The notes beneath the pieces are model-generated. The model saw only the letters and a list, made by a program, of their open reading frames with translations, ran no database searches and was not told the DNA's origin. 47,945 nt of DNA from a virus. Taxonomy: Duplodnaviria; Caudoviricetes. Shown here one piece after another: positions 7,885 through 17,089 of the stretch. A program made the translations under genes and the position numbers. Position 1 is the first letter of the stretch, and the number at the start of each line of letters is the position of its first letter. The DNA lies in IMG/VR virus record IMGVR_UViG_3300015370_000021, positions 1 to 47,945 of that record; one strand, 5' to 3'.

Positions 7885-9744
7885 ATGGGACAGCTTCAAC
7901 ACGACGGCCGCAGGTACATCTGGGGCGGGACCTACGCGGAGCGCCTGCTCCCCAAGGAAGCGGGCTTCCGCTGGAACCCAGAGGAAAAGATATGGTGGAC
8001 GGATGACCACCGCAAGGCCGTGGCCCTTTCCCAGTACATGGTGCGCAGCGCGCTCGACGCAAACACCGCATGGCGCGACAGTCTGAAAGCCTCCCGGGCC
8101 ACGGATGCCGAGATCGAGATCCCAGCGCCTGCCGGGTGTGATTATCTTGGATATCAGCGCGCGGGTATCGCTTACGCCGCAGAGCGCAAGAATGTACTCA
8201 TCGCGGATGAAATGGGCCTGGGCAAGACAATACAGGCCCTGGGACTCATCAACCTGGATGAGACCATCAAGACCGTCCTGGTCGTCGCGCCCAAGTCCCT
8301 GCTCCTCAACTGGCAGCGGGAGGCCGCGAAGTGGCTGACCCGCGAGGTCGAGCTGACCGTGATCAACTACGACATGGTCCACAAGCGCCTCGATCTGGCC
8401 CAGGCCAACTGGGATCTGGTCGTGCTCGACGAAAGTCAATATGTAAAGAACCCCAAGGCCAAGCGGACCAGATACACACTGGCCATCCCGGCCAAGCGCC
8501 GCCTGTTCCTGACAGGCACGCCGATCCTCAACCGGCCAGTCGAAATCTGGCCCACGATTGAGTCCATCGATCCGGACGGCCTCGGTCGTAATTACTTCGC
8601 TTTTGTTCGCCGGTACTGCGCCGCGCAGGAGCAGGTCATTCATACCAAAGATTTCAACAAGCGCACAGGCCGGATGGAGCATGTAACCCGCCGCGTCTTT
8701 GATGTGAGCGGAGCCTCCAACCTGGATGAGCTGCAGGACAAGATGCGCCTTGCCTTCATGGTCAGGCGCCTCAAAGCCGACGTGCTCCCCGAGCTGCCAG
8801 CCAAGCGCCGCCAGATCATCCCTCTGCCCCCGGACGGCATCAAGGTCCTCCTGCAACAAGAAGCCCGGGAACTGGAAGGCATGACCTTTGAAGAGGCAGC
8901 ACGGCGCCTTGAGGGCGAATCCGCTGCTTTCAGCAAACTTGCGAAAGTCCGCCATGACTTGGGTGTGGCCAAGGCCGAGAAGGCCATCGACCATATAGAG
9001 GACACGCTCGACGGGGCCGAGAAGGTGGTCATCTTCGCGCATCATCACGATGTCATCAACGTCCTGCAGGCAGGGCTCGCTGAGTTTGGATGCGTCACGG
9101 TAACCGGAAAGACGTCTGGCCCTGACCGCCAGGCGGCGGTTGACCGCTTCCAGACCGATCCGACCTGCCGGGTCTTCCTCGGCAACATCAAGGCTGCCGG
9201 CGTCGGCATCACCCTTACAGCGGCATCCACGGTCATCTTCGTGGAGTCCGACTGGACACCCGGCTGGATGGCCCAGGCTGAAGACCGCGTACACCGCATT
9301 GGCCAGACCGAGTCTGTGCTCATCCAGTATCTGGTTTTCGACGACAGCCTGGACGCAGTTCTGACCCAGATGCTGGTAGCCAAGGCAAACGTCAGCGACA
9401 AGGCGCTGGACCGGGACGTGGACCCCAAGGATCTGTCAGACATCATCGCCAAGGTGGAGATGGAAGGGCGGGGAGAAAAGATGGGCTGTGGGCCGGTTGC
9501 TCACGCAGAGCCCCAGATGACCCCAGAGCAGATCGACGCGGTCATGCTCGGCCTGCGCATCCTTGCGGGGATGTGCGACGGTGCCCGGGAGAAGGATGGC
9601 GTCGGGTTCAACGGACTCGACACAGGATTTGGTCATGCCCTGGCTGCACGCCAGACGCTGACCCCGCGGCAGGCCCTCGTGGCCAAGAAAATGATAGTCA
9701 AGTACCACCGGCAATTGGGCCAAGAAATCATCAACCAAATGTAG
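7885..9744 (+). CDS. SNF2-family (SMARCAL1-like) helicase
   Basis: LIADEMGLGKT, VLDES, LTGTP, GVGITLT and QAEDRVHRIGQ motifs. Confidence 0.93.
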   Translation: MGQLQHDGRRYIWGGTYAERLLPKEAGFRWNPEEKIWWTDDHRKAVALSQYMVRSALDANTAWRDSLKASRATDAEIEIPAPAGCDYLGYQRAGIAYAAERKNVLIADEMGLGKTIQALGLINLDETIKTVLVVAPKSLLLNWQREAAKWLTREVELTVINYDMVHKRLDLAQANWDLVVLDESQYVKNPKAKRTRYTLAIPAKRRLFLTGTPILNRPVEIWPTIESIDPDGLGRNYFAFVRRYCAAQEQVIHTKDFNKRTGRMEHVTRRVFDVSGASNLDELQDKMRLAFMVRRLKADVLPELPAKRRQIIPLPPDGIKVLLQQEARELEGMTFEEAARRLEGESAAFSKLAKVRHDLGVAKAEKAIDHIEDTLDGAEKVVIFAHHHDVINVLQAGLAEFGCVTVTGKTSGPDRQAAVDRFQTDPTCRVFLGNIKAAGVGITLTAASTVIFVESDWTPGWMAQAEDRVHRIGQTESVLIQYLVFDDSLDAVLTQMLVAKANVSDKALDRDVDPKDLSDIIAKVEMEGRGEKMGCGPVAHAEPQMTPEQIDAVMLGLRILAGMCDGAREKDGVGFNGLDTGFGHALAARQTLTPRQALVAKKMIVKYHRQLGQEIINQM

Positions 9745-9753
9745 GAGCCTCAC

Positions 9754-10170
9754 ATGTTTGACACTCTCATCGCCCTGTTTGAACGCCTCGTCGTAGCCCA
9801 CGAAAAGCTCGCTGCCTCCCAGGAGGCCATCCTGCGCGTGACCGATGTCCGGGACCCCAATCCGGAAGCCGCCAAGGCCGAACCGAAGACCAAGACGACC
9901 AAGACCAAGGCCGAAAAGAAGCCCGAGCCCAAGCCGGTCGAGAAGCCCAAGCCCGCCCTGGCGGACGTGAAGAAGGCCGTGGCCGGGTACGCTGCTCTGC
10001 GCCTCGAGGGCGGATCGGCCACCCCCAAGGATGACGCCCGCGCGCTGATGGCTCACCACGGCGCCGGTGCTACCAAGACCGACGACATCCCCGAGGACAA
10101 CTGGCAGGACGTGATCGACGCCTGCACCAGCGGCTGGGAGCCCATCCCGGCCAAGGAAGAGGAGCTGTAG
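9754..10170 (+). CDS. Hypothetical protein with Lys/Pro-rich linker
   Basis: AGGAG SD; typical position upstream of a DUF2800 gene. Confidence 0.85.
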   Translation: MFDTLIALFERLVVAHEKLAASQEAILRVTDVRDPNPEAAKAEPKTKTTKTKAEKKPEPKPVEKPKPALADVKKAVAGYAALRLEGGSATPKDDARALMAHHGAGATKTDDIPEDNWQDVIDACTSGWEPIPAKEEEL

Positions 10171-10173
10171 GAT

Positions 10174-10488
10174 ATGGGCGCCCACATGACAAACCGAAAG
10201 GTCGTGACGGGTAACCGGAAAGACCAGCAGCGGGCGCTGAAGCGGTCGTGGACCTTCCTCGAAGGAGGAGGGTCCTACTTGCAGGCCGAGCAGGAGCTGC
10301 GCCAGTGGAACAAGGACCGCCTCTCAAACCCCAATCTTGGGGTGCCGCCAACCATCGAGATCGACCCGGAAGCAGAGGCCGAGGCGCGGGGGCTCTTCGG
10401 AGCCCGAGCCCAGGACTTTGTGCGAAACTGCTACCGCTGCAAGGTCCACGGTCTAGGTCGGCGTAGAAAAACCAAACTGGAGGAATGA
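10174..10488 (+). CDS. Hypothetical protein
   Basis: 104-aa ORF with SD; starts MGAH-MTNRK. Confidence 0.7.
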   Translation: MGAHMTNRKVVTGNRKDQQRALKRSWTFLEGGGSYLQAEQELRQWNKDRLSNPNLGVPPTIEIDPEAEAEARGLFGARAQDFVRNCYRCKVHGLGRRRKTKLEE

Positions 10489-10613
10489 TGGCCGCTCACG
10501 CTAAATTGTCGCCCAGTGCGGCCTCACGCTGGATTGGTTGTCCCGGGAGTGTGGCGCCCTGCGTATCGACGGTAAACTACACAGTAAAAGGTAAAAGGTG
10601 GAGCAACGTATGA
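10485..10613 (+). pseudogene. Truncated duplicate of the exonuclease N-terminus (42 aa)
   Basis: MMAAHAKLSPSAASRWIGCPGSVAPC... is 20/25 identical to the start of the next gene. Confidence 0.8.
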
Positions 10614-11830
10614 CTGCACATGCAAAGTTATCCCCTAGCGCAGCGGCGAGATGGCTCAGATGCCCGGGGAGTGTGGCGCTATGCGCCACTCTACCAAAGC
10701 CGCCTTCCTCCCAATTCGCGGATCACGGGTCCGCCGCGCACGCGCTGGGGGAGCGGTGTCTCATTGAAAAAGGTGATGCTGAAAAGTACGCTTCTTGGTG
10801 GATAAAGTTGTCCCGAAAATATGGAGAAGGGGCTATTTTCTTAAATCCCTTAACATGTAAAAAAATGGAGGGCTTTGAGGTAGACAGCGAGATGGTGCGG
10901 GCCGTCCAGACATACCTGGACGCGGTGAGAGAACCCGGGGGGAAGATTATTCCGGAGCAGCGCCTGTCGCTGGAACACATATCACCTGGTATGTTTGGAA
11001 CCGCGGACGCACAGGTACTTTGTGAAGACAAAGGCTCCCTGTGGATCTTCGACCTAAAATATGGGCAGGGGATAGCCGTTCACCCCGAAGAAAACGAGCA
11101 GGGGATGATTTACAGCCTGGGGGCTATTGGGCCAAACCCTAAGCCTTGGATCAAGGATGTGAACATAGGGATCGTCCAGCCCCGGCACAGAGACGGGGGC
11201 GTCATGATCTGGGAAACCACCAAGGAGTTCCTGCTCGACTGGAAGAATGAAGTGCTCATCCCCGGATGTGCGGCGACAGCCAAGAAGGGTGCCCCGCTGG
11301 TCCCCGGCGAGAAGCAATGCAAGTGGTGCGCAGGCAAGGCCATCTGCCCGGCGCTCCTGGGCCAGGCTCTGGAAGTGGCCAAGGTCGCGTTCAAGGACAT
11401 CGTCGCGGAGGAGATCCCGACCATCACGTTCCCAAACCCGGCGAACATGACTCCGGAGGAGAGGGCCAAGGTCGCCGCGCTTCTGTCCGCACTTGATGCC
11501 TACAAGGATTCCTTCTTCACGCACCTGCAGGAACTGGCCGAGCGAGGCGACAGCACGCCCGGCTATAAGCTGGTACGCGGTCGGGCCAATCGGAAATGGA
11601 GATCCGAGGCGGTGGTCGTCAACACGCTCGAGCCCATCCTGGGCGAACTGCTCTACGACAAGAAGCTCAAAAGCCCGGCCGGTGTCGAGAAGCTCAAAGG
11701 CCTCGACAAAAAAGCCCTGGCCCAGCTCTGGGAAACCCCGGAGGGCAAGATCACTCTGGCCCCCGAATCTGACAAAAGGCAGGCAGTCATTCCGGCTGCT
11801 CTCAACCCCTTCAATTTTGATGACCTGTGA
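10610..11830 (+). CDS. Cas4-like PD-(D/E)XK exonuclease (DUF2800)
   Basis: HAKLSPSAAARWLRCPGS, FGTAD, DLKYGQG, QCKWC...C Fe-S-type cysteines. Confidence 0.92.
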   Translation: MTAHAKLSPSAAARWLRCPGSVALCATLPKPPSSQFADHGSAAHALGERCLIEKGDAEKYASWWIKLSRKYGEGAIFLNPLTCKKMEGFEVDSEMVRAVQTYLDAVREPGGKIIPEQRLSLEHISPGMFGTADAQVLCEDKGSLWIFDLKYGQGIAVHPEENEQGMIYSLGAIGPNPKPWIKDVNIGIVQPRHRDGGVMIWETTKEFLLDWKNEVLIPGCAATAKKGAPLVPGEKQCKWCAGKAICPALLGQALEVAKVAFKDIVAEEIPTITFPNPANMTPEERAKVAALLSALDAYKDSFFTHLQELAERGDSTPGYKLVRGRANRKWRSEAVVVNTLEPILGELLYDKKLKSPAGVEKLKGLDKKALAQLWETPEGKITLAPESDKRQAVIPAALNPFNFDDL

Positions 11831-11836
11831 GGGACT

Positions 11837-12052
11837 ATGAAAAAGAAACTCCGCGTAGGGGCCTCCCCCCTCACTGGCACGATCTACGTCGGAACGATCT
11901 TGAAGGATGGGATGACCTGGGCAGCAGACCGTCAGGACGTGACCGTGGACGCCCTGGTTGCTGTTGCGCAGCACGCCCTCCACTTTGGAAAACCGATTGA
12001 AATTACAAACGACGGAAAGCCGGAATTTCGGATCACCGTTGAAAAACTCTAA
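11837..12052 (+). CDS. Hypothetical protein
   Basis: GAGG SD; 71-aa ORF in operon. Confidence 0.75.
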   Translation: MKKKLRVGASPLTGTIYVGTILKDGMTWAADRQDVTVDALVAVAQHALHFGKPIEITNDGKPEFRITVEKL

Positions 12053-12073
12053 CCCATACTACTGGAGCCTACC

Positions 12074-12685
12074 ATGCCTATCGATCCTATCCTGACCCCC
12101 GATTTCCGCGCCCGCTGGGTGAGCCTCTCCGAGCCTGACGACAAGGGCAAGTTTTCCATCACCATGCTTTTCGACAAGGACGCCGACCTCAAAGCTCTGA
12201 AGACCATGGTCATCGCGTGCATCAAGGACAAGTGGGGCGACAAATTTAAGCCCGCCCAGCTCTCTACCCCGTTCAAGGACGGCAACGACAAGATCGACGC
12301 CGAAACCGGTGAGGTCTACGCCGAGTACAAGGACAAGGTCTGGGCCTCCGCGTCCACCAAATTCGCGGTCACTGTGCTGGACGCGACCAACGGCAAGAAG
12401 CCCGTCCCTGCCGCCGAGCTGAAGGCCGCTGTCTACGATGGCTGCTACTGCATCGCGCAGGTCGGCGTCTATGCCTGGGAATTCCAGGATGAGAAGACCA
12501 AGAAGGTCATCAAGCGCGGCGTTTCCTTCAATCTTGAGAACCTTCTCAAGTACGCGGACGGAGAGCCCATTGGCGGCGGCGGCAAGCGCCAGAAGGCCGA
12601 AGATGCTTTCGCGGACATCGCGGCGGGCGAGGATGATCCGAGCAACTATGAAACCGGCGGGGAGCCCGCTGAATGGGACCTCTAA
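12074..12685 (+). CDS. Single-stranded DNA-binding protein (DUF2815)
   Basis: KFSITMLFDK, PFKDGN, VYDGCY, GEPIGG and acidic C-terminal tail; located between the exonuclease and polymerase. Confidence 0.88.
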   Translation: MPIDPILTPDFRARWVSLSEPDDKGKFSITMLFDKDADLKALKTMVIACIKDKWGDKFKPAQLSTPFKDGNDKIDAETGEVYAEYKDKVWASASTKFAVTVLDATNGKKPVPAAELKAAVYDGCYCIAQVGVYAWEFQDEKTKKVIKRGVSFNLENLLKYADGEPIGGGGKRQKAEDAFADIAAGEDDPSNYETGGEPAEWDL

Positions 12686-12686
12686 T

Positions 12687-12971
12687 ATGACAAAACGACA
12701 ATTGATTGACCGGCTGGCCCCCCAGATGGGGGTCAGCAAGGCTGCTGCCGAGATGGCCCTCACCGCCCTCACCGACATCCTGCGCGAGGAGCTTGCGACC
12801 GAGGGCGGGGAGGTTGTCATCCGCGGCTTTGGGCGCTTCACATCGGTCCTGCGCCCGGCGATGCGGTGTAAGAACCCCAGGACCGGCGCGTCCATGTGGG
12901 CGCCTGCCAAGGTGCGCGTGAAATTCAAATCCCATATACCGGTATTCAAGGGCGAGGTGAGCCAGCCATGA
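12687..12971 (+). CDS. HU/IHF family DNA-binding protein
   Basis: MTKRQLID...VVIRGFGRF...KNPRTG...VKFK signature. Confidence 0.9.
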   Translation: MTKRQLIDRLAPQMGVSKAAAEMALTALTDILREELATEGGEVVIRGFGRFTSVLRPAMRCKNPRTGASMWAPAKVRVKFKSHIPVFKGEVSQP

Positions 12972-13282
12972 GCGCAAACTGCTTCTTTGACGAGGATGAA
13001 TGCCTGACCTCCGGCGCCTGTCTGGAGTGCGAAAGGTTCCCTGGGACCGAGGAGGCCACGGCCAAGGTGGCCCAGAAGACTGATCCCCGGGAGCCGCTGG
13101 TCAAGGCCAGAGACATAACCCAGCTCGACCCGGGGCAGTATGTGGCCCGGGTGGTCCTGCAATGGGACGAGGCCATCTACGGGATGGGTCCCTCACCCGA
13201 GGTGGCCCTCGCCATGGCGGACTACAATTTCGGAGAGGCGTACAACTTCGCGGTGCGCTTCCACGAGTTCATGACCAAATAG
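12968..13282 (+). CDS. Hypothetical protein
   Basis: GAGGTG SD; ATGA overlap with HU. Confidence 0.7.
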   Translation: MSANCFFDEDECLTSGACLECERFPGTEEATAKVAQKTDPREPLVKARDITQLDPGQYVARVVLQWDEAIYGMGPSPEVALAMADYNFGEAYNFAVRFHEFMTK

Positions 13283-13287
13283 CAGCT

Positions 13288-13313
13288 GGAGCCCTCCGGG
13301 GCTCCTTCTTTTT
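13288..13313 (+). terminator. Rho-independent terminator
   Basis: GGAGCCC-loop-GGGCTCC followed by TTCTTTTT. Confidence 0.8.
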
Positions 13314-13358
13314 GTCGATGCGGCGAGATCGTCGCCATATCCACAGGAGGAATTTATC

Positions 13359-13541
13359 ATGGGAACAAAAGAAGCCACAAACATTCTGCTGCAAGAGGCT
13401 ATTGGCCTTCTTCGGGAGTCTCTAGACCACATAACGGAAAAGCCCTGGGACGATGACACCCGACTCCATGAACGCATATCTGTGTTCTTGGGCTTACCAG
13501 TTGCGTATCCGAATTGGGGAAAAGAACAGGGGGACGAATAG
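13359..13541 (+). CDS. Hypothetical protein
   Basis: AGGAGG SD; 60 aa. Confidence 0.7.
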   Translation: MGTKEATNILLQEAIGLLRESLDHITEKPWDDDTRLHERISVFLGLPVAYPNWGKEQGDE

Positions 13542-13543
13542 CC

Positions 13544-15655
13544 ATGCACATCCATTTGGATTTTGAAAGTCGGAGCCCGCTCGATATCAAGAAGGCCGGG
13601 GGCTACGCATACGCAGAGCATCCAGACACAGAAGTCCTCTGCCTTGGAGTCAAGGTGGACGACGAGCCTACTACGATCTGGCTTCCGGGAGCTCTCCGGG
13701 GCGACGTTCCCCCCGACTATGACCAGCTCCTGGCCATCGTGATACACGGTGCCGACACCGTCAGCGCCCACAACGCCGGCGGATTCGAGCGGCCCATGTG
13801 GACCGAGCACATGGTCAAGCGCCGGGGCTTCCCGGAGATCCCGATTGACCGCTGGGATGACACGGCAGCCAGGGCGGCCATGTGCGCCCTGCCCCGGTCT
13901 CTCGCTGGTGTGACCAAGGCTTTGGGCCTGACCGCCGAGAAGGACACGGAAGGCCACAAGCTCCTGCTCAAGATGTGCAAGCCAAAGCCCCTAGTCAAGA
14001 AGGAGAGGATCAAGCTGGGCGCGGAATTCGGATGGCCCGAGGAAGAAGTGCAGGCTGCTGGAAAAGAAATTCTATCCATGCTCAAAGTGGACCCTCGCGC
14101 ACCCCGCTTGCTACGCAGGAGTAGCCGTTTTGCGGCAAGACCCTATCAAGAATTCTACAAATACCATTTCAACCAGGCCGACTTTGAGCGTCTCTGCCAG
14201 TACTGCATCCAGGACGTTGAGGTCGAGTATTCCCTGGCCAAGGAGCTGCCGCCCTTGCCCAAGATGGAGCGCAGGATCTGGGCGCTGGATCAGGCCATCA
14301 ACGACCGTGGCATCCTGGCCGACCTGGCAAGCGTCGAGCACGCCGAAGCCATCATCGAAGAGCATGCTGGTGGGCTGCAGGAAGAGCTGCAGGAGCTGAC
14401 CGGCGGGGATGTCGGCACGGCCAAGCAGGTCGCCAAGATGACCGCCTGGATGAGCGAGAACGGCTGCGAGATGGAGAGCATGACCAAGCAGAGCGTCAAG
14501 GACGCCCTGGCCCTCGATGTCGATCCGGCTGTGCGCCGGGTGCTCGAGATCCGGCAGAGCCTGTCCATGTCCTCGACTGCCAAGCTCGCGGCCATCCGCA
14601 ATTTTACATGCAGGGATGGCAGGCTTCGGGGCATGTTTTTATACCACGGGGCGGGCACGGGGCGCTGGACGGGCAAAGGACCACAGCCCCAGAACTTCCC
14701 GCGGGGTAATCCCGACCTGGACCCGGACACGATCCTGGACAGATGCCTACCTGACCGGGACCCGTCCTGGCTGGCGGACGTTTGGGGCGACCCCATGGAT
14801 GTGATCAGCTCCTGCCTGCGCGGGCTGTTCGTGGCGGCCCCTGGCCATGACCTGATTGCTGCGGACTATGCATCCATAGAAGCCCGCGGCCTCGCGTGGC
14901 TGGCGGGGGAGGAGAAAGTACTGGATGCATTCAAAAACAACCTTGATCTCTACAAAGTATCCGCGAGCGGCATATACAAGAAACCCTATGAGCATATAAA
15001 CAAGACGGAAAGAGCTGTCGGTAAGACATGCGTCCTCGCCTGCGGATATGGTGGGAGCAAAGGGGCCATGCTTGCATTTGGGGCGGATAGGCTAGGTATG
15101 TCTGATGCGGAGATTGTAGATGCCGTAGAAGCTTGGAGAGATACAAACCCCGCCATTGTAAATTTCTGGAAGGAAATTACAAAAGCTTGTGCGACAACAG
15201 TGCGGGACAACGTAGAAACCAAGTGCGGGAAGTTGGGGTTTCGCATGCGGGGAAAGTTCCTGCAGATGGTTCTGCCGAGCGGCCGCCCGCTCTGGTATTA
15301 CGCGCCCAGAATCCAACAGGTAATGATGCCCTGGGGCAAGGAGAAGCTCAGTGTCACCGCCATGACGGTAGACAGTTTGACGAAGCAGTGGGTACGCAGA
15401 CCACTGGGACACCCCATCTTATCGGAAAATGCCACGCAAGCTATGTGCCGGGATCTCCTGGCCCTGGGTCTCCTGCGCTGCGAAGCGGCAGGCTACCGTG
15501 TGATCGGCCACGTTCATGACGAGACCGTGGCCGAGGTGCCAGAGGGCTTTGGCAGCGTCGAGGAAATGGAGGCCATCATGTCGGAGGTGCCCAAGTGGGC
15601 GGAAGGGATGCCAATTTCGGCGGAAGGATACAGAGCAAAGAGGTATAGAAAATGA
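13544..15655 (+). CDS. DNA polymerase family A with 3'-5' exonuclease
   Basis: LDFES, AHNA.FE and YCIQDV exonuclease motifs; TGRW, ADYASIEAR (A), R..GK...LACGYG (B), HVHDE (C). Confidence 0.95.
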   Translation: MHIHLDFESRSPLDIKKAGGYAYAEHPDTEVLCLGVKVDDEPTTIWLPGALRGDVPPDYDQLLAIVIHGADTVSAHNAGGFERPMWTEHMVKRRGFPEIPIDRWDDTAARAAMCALPRSLAGVTKALGLTAEKDTEGHKLLLKMCKPKPLVKKERIKLGAEFGWPEEEVQAAGKEILSMLKVDPRAPRLLRRSSRFAARPYQEFYKYHFNQADFERLCQYCIQDVEVEYSLAKELPPLPKMERRIWALDQAINDRGILADLASVEHAEAIIEEHAGGLQEELQELTGGDVGTAKQVAKMTAWMSENGCEMESMTKQSVKDALALDVDPAVRRVLEIRQSLSMSSTAKLAAIRNFTCRDGRLRGMFLYHGAGTGRWTGKGPQPQNFPRGNPDLDPDTILDRCLPDRDPSWLADVWGDPMDVISSCLRGLFVAAPGHDLIAADYASIEARGLAWLAGEEKVLDAFKNNLDLYKVSASGIYKKPYEHINKTERAVGKTCVLACGYGGSKGAMLAFGADRLGMSDAEIVDAVEAWRDTNPAIVNFWKEITKACATTVRDNVETKCGKLGFRMRGKFLQMVLPSGRPLWYYAPRIQQVMMPWGKEKLSVTAMTVDSLTKQWVRRPLGHPILSENATQAMCRDLLALGLLRCEAAGYRVIGHVHDETVAEVPEGFGSVEEMEAIMSEVPKWAEGMPISAEGYRAKRYRK

Positions 15656-15846
15656 GTGATCTCAAATGTCAATTCTGCGAAAAGGTTGGACCCGACGTGG
15701 TCAACTACCACCAGCGCACACAGTACGTCGAAGAGGAAATGAACTGGGTGAACGCCTGCCCGGAGTGCAAACTCATGAATGATGAATATTGGGATGGAAT
15801 GTGGGCCGATTTGTATGGAGATATCCACAGCGGACTGGGGGTTTAG
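15652..15846 (+). CDS. Small zinc-finger protein
   Basis: CQFC...CPEC; ATGA overlap. Confidence 0.7.
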   Translation: MSDLKCQFCEKVGPDVVNYHQRTQYVEEEMNWVNACPECKLMNDEYWDGMWADLYGDIHSGLGV

Positions 15847-15847
15847 T

Positions 15848-16138
15848 ATGACACAAGAAACCATTTTCGCATGCGATGCACTGGGAGACCTGTACCGGTA
15901 TAATGAGCAGCTCCTCTGGGCGAACAAGGAACTGCTGGCGCAGTGTGACTTGTTGGAAGCGGAACTTGCCACGCTGGTGGATGCGGCGAGGCCGGTGGTC
16001 AAAGCATGGAAAAATAAGCGCGCCATGCTCGTGCGGCACGGCGAGATGGAACTGAATGGAGAATGCGACGACGTGTGTATCTGCGCTTCGTCAATGCAAC
16101 TTGACGCGCTGGCCGCGCTGGTCGGGGAGGAGAAATGA
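15848..16138 (+). CDS. Hypothetical protein
   Basis: Likely start MTQETIF within ORF 15779..16138. Confidence 0.65.
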   Translation: MTQETIFACDALGDLYRYNEQLLWANKELLAQCDLLEAELATLVDAARPVVKAWKNKRAMLVRHGEMELNGECDDVCICASSMQLDALAALVGEEK

Positions 16139-16655
16139 AAATAAAATTTGACCGCCAAGAGTATCTGGCTCTCGGAGAAATATTTGAGGTTGGGCAACTC
16201 GACGATGTGACATTAGAACTGTCTGAGTTTTCGGATGACATCGAAGACATGGCATATGAACTCGCATACACGAGGTATGAGTTGGCGAAGGCCGAGGCAC
16301 GTCACAACGCGCTGGTGGAGGCGGTTACGAGACTGCAAAAATTAGACAAGGATAGACCACTCCATCCAGTTACGGATGGACGGCTTATAGACGCCCGCGC
16401 CGAGGTGGACCGGCCGATTGAAAGGGGGAGAAGGGGAAGCAGGATGGCAGTTGATATACCAAAAGACATTCTCGCGTATCTCGAAGGCAAAGCTGCGCCG
16501 GTTGAGTGTAAAAAAGTCCGTGCCCTCCGTGCCCGCGTGGCGAGGCTAGAAGATGCACTAAAAGCAATACTCGGTTGGAGGGAACTGAGGGGCAAAATTA
16601 TGTTTCCCATTGAAAGAGTCGAAGACATTGCGCGTACCGCGCTGGTCGGGGAGGA
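16113..16655 (+). repeat. 19-bp direct repeat CCGCGCTGGTCGGGGAGGA flanking one gene
   Basis: Copies at 16113-16131 and 16637-16655, each containing the SD of the next gene. Confidence 0.8.
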
Positions 16656-16665
16656 AGGGAAATGA
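16135..16665 (+). CDS. Hypothetical coiled-coil protein
   Basis: GGAGG SD; ATGA coupling at both ends. Confidence 0.75.
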   Translation: MKIKFDRQEYLALGEIFEVGQLDDVTLELSEFSDDIEDMAYELAYTRYELAKAEARHNALVEAVTRLQKLDKDRPLHPVTDGRLIDARAEVDRPIERGRRGSRMAVDIPKDILAYLEGKAAPVECKKVRALRARVARLEDALKAILGWRELRGKIMFPIERVEDIARTALVGEEGK

Positions 16666-16835
16666 CACGCCAAGAACTAATCAACACCCTGCGACAAGGA
16701 GCCCCGATCAGCGCCAAGTTGGTGCAGAAGATCATCATCCACCTGGAGATGGCCGGGCACATGGAACAGAACCTCAAATACTACCAGGCCGAGGTCCAGC
16801 GCCTCGAAGATGTCCTGGCCGCGAAGGAGGGGTGA
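16662..16835 (+). CDS. Hypothetical protein (57 aa)
   Basis: Hand translation MTRQELINTLRQGAPISAKL...; coupled start and stop. Confidence 0.7.
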   Translation: MTRQELINTLRQGAPISAKLVQKIIIHLEMAGHMEQNLKYYQAEVQRLEDVLAAKEG

Positions 16836-17089
16836 TGGAGAACCCAAAGTCGATGGTATATAGAGACGAGAAGGCGGACAGATATGTTCATGTACTCTGC
16901 GCTGCCTGCCCTCCCCCTGACTTACAGGCTTTAATGAATCCACCCTCGGAGGGTACGATACCCCGCTTTTATTCACTGAAACACGCGGCGGATGCGGGGT
17001 GGGCAGCGACCAAGGATATAATGTTTTGTGACCCAAAATACGAGTTTGTCTTCCTCTGCCCAGAATGCGCGAAGGAGTTTCTCAAATGA
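16835..17089 (+). CDS. Hypothetical zinc-binding protein
   Basis: AGGAGG SD, MENPKS start; CAAC...CPEC. Confidence 0.7.
   Translation: MENPKSMVYRDEKADRYVHVLCAACPPPDLQALMNPPSEGTIPRFYSLKHAADAGWAATKDIMFCDPKYEFVFLCPECAKEFLK

Noticed and set aside
7729-9294. 521-aa minus-strand ORF
   Set aside because: Antisense shadow of the SNF2 helicase in high-GC DNA; no motifs of its own.
10610-11830. CRISPR-Cas link of the Cas4-like nuclease
   Set aside because: No array or other cas genes; this is the standard DUF2800-DUF2815-PolA replication module.
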